Below, piece by piece: positions 63,443 through 64,000 of a DNA stretch of 64,000 nucleotides. How positions within the stretch are numbered: position 1 is the first letter of the stretch; every line of letters begins with the position of its first letter. This DNA comes from Chiloscyllium plagiosum (taxonomy: Eukaryota). The notes under the pieces were generated by a model. That model worked only from the letters and a program-made list of their open reading frames with translations, did no database searches and was not told the origin of the DNA. The translations under genes and the position numbers were made by a program. The DNA lies in contig NC_057754.1 in assembly GCF_004010195.1 (NCBI RefSeq), positions 1,526,823 through 1,590,822 on the forward strand, in the 5' to 3' direction.

Positions 63443-64000
63443 TGATTTGGAGATGCCGGTGTTGGACTGGGGTGTACAAAGTTAAAAATCACACAACATC
63501 AGGTTATAGTCCAATAGGTTTAATTGGAAGCACTAGCTTTCGGAGCGCTGCTCCTTCATTAGGTGGTTGTGGAGGACACAATGTAAGAGTCAGAATTTAT
63601 AGCAAAAGTTTACAGTGTGTCTGTGTGTGTGTGTGTATAGTGCAATGGTGGTCACCTGTAGTATGACATGAACCCAAGGTCCCGGTTGAGGCCCTCCCTA
63701 TGGGTATGGAACTTAGCTATCAGCCTCTGCTTGGCCACTTTTCACTGCTGCCTGTCCCGAAGTCCGCCTTGGAGAATGGTCACCCGAAGGTCACACACAC
63801 ACCCCCAGACACTCACACACACACACACCCCAGACACTCACACATACTCACAAAGACCCACATGCACGCATATACGTTTGTGGGGTGAATTTGTACTTGC
63901 AGAGTTACTTTGTACCTAGCTCAAAAACTTCATGAATTCATGTAAGACTCTGTTATCTCCCTTTTTAGATTGGAATCAGTCTAAACATTATGGCACAGAC
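63443..64000 (-). mobile_element. Penelope-like element, second family (GIY-YIG C-terminus, CA-rich repeat)
   Basis: LRVTILQGGLRD..VAKQRLIAKFHTHREGLNRDLGFMSYY at about 63657-63790. Hammerhead motif CTaATGA-a-ggagc agc gctcc-GAAAGCTA at 63534-63562. Confidence 0.85.

Noticed and set aside
1..64000. Remaining 60-140 aa ORFs, CRISPR-like or operon-like systems, tRNA genes
   Set aside because: The short ORFs are TE fragments, their antisense frames or random intronic ORFs. The DNA is eukaryotic with no repeat-spacer array. The tRNA-like A/B boxes belong to SINE heads.

Overview
This is eukaryotic (vertebrate) genomic DNA, almost certainly from a cartilaginous fish (shark), judged from the HE1-like tRNA SINEs, abundant CR1-type LINEs, Deu-domain SINEs and Penelope-like elements. 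Most of the window appears to be intronic sequence of a plus-strand MACROD1-type macrodomain gene. One clear coding exon is visible (14479-14595), plus a candidate 15-nt microexon (10030-10044). Two genes lie on the minus strand. (1) FLRT1 has its whole CDS in one exon (59521-61467) nested in the long MACROD1 intron, a known vertebrate arrangement. (2) An intact, intron-less RILPL2-like ORF (1101-1676) looks like a functional retrogene, with a candidate 5'UTR intron, a poly(A) signal and an RFX X-box/CCAAT/ETS promoter. A large share of the rest is transposon-derived: CR1 and Rex1 LINEs, SINEs, Gypsy-type solo LTRs and Penelope-like elements (PLEs). The PLE-derived pieces carry about a dozen minimal hammerhead-ribozyme motifs. 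One is intact (47411-47445), and several sit at the very start of short TSD-flanked inserts. There is a 143-N assembly gap at 8740-8882. Homology calls come from recalled sequence knowledge, not from database searches. Repeat boundaries are approximate.
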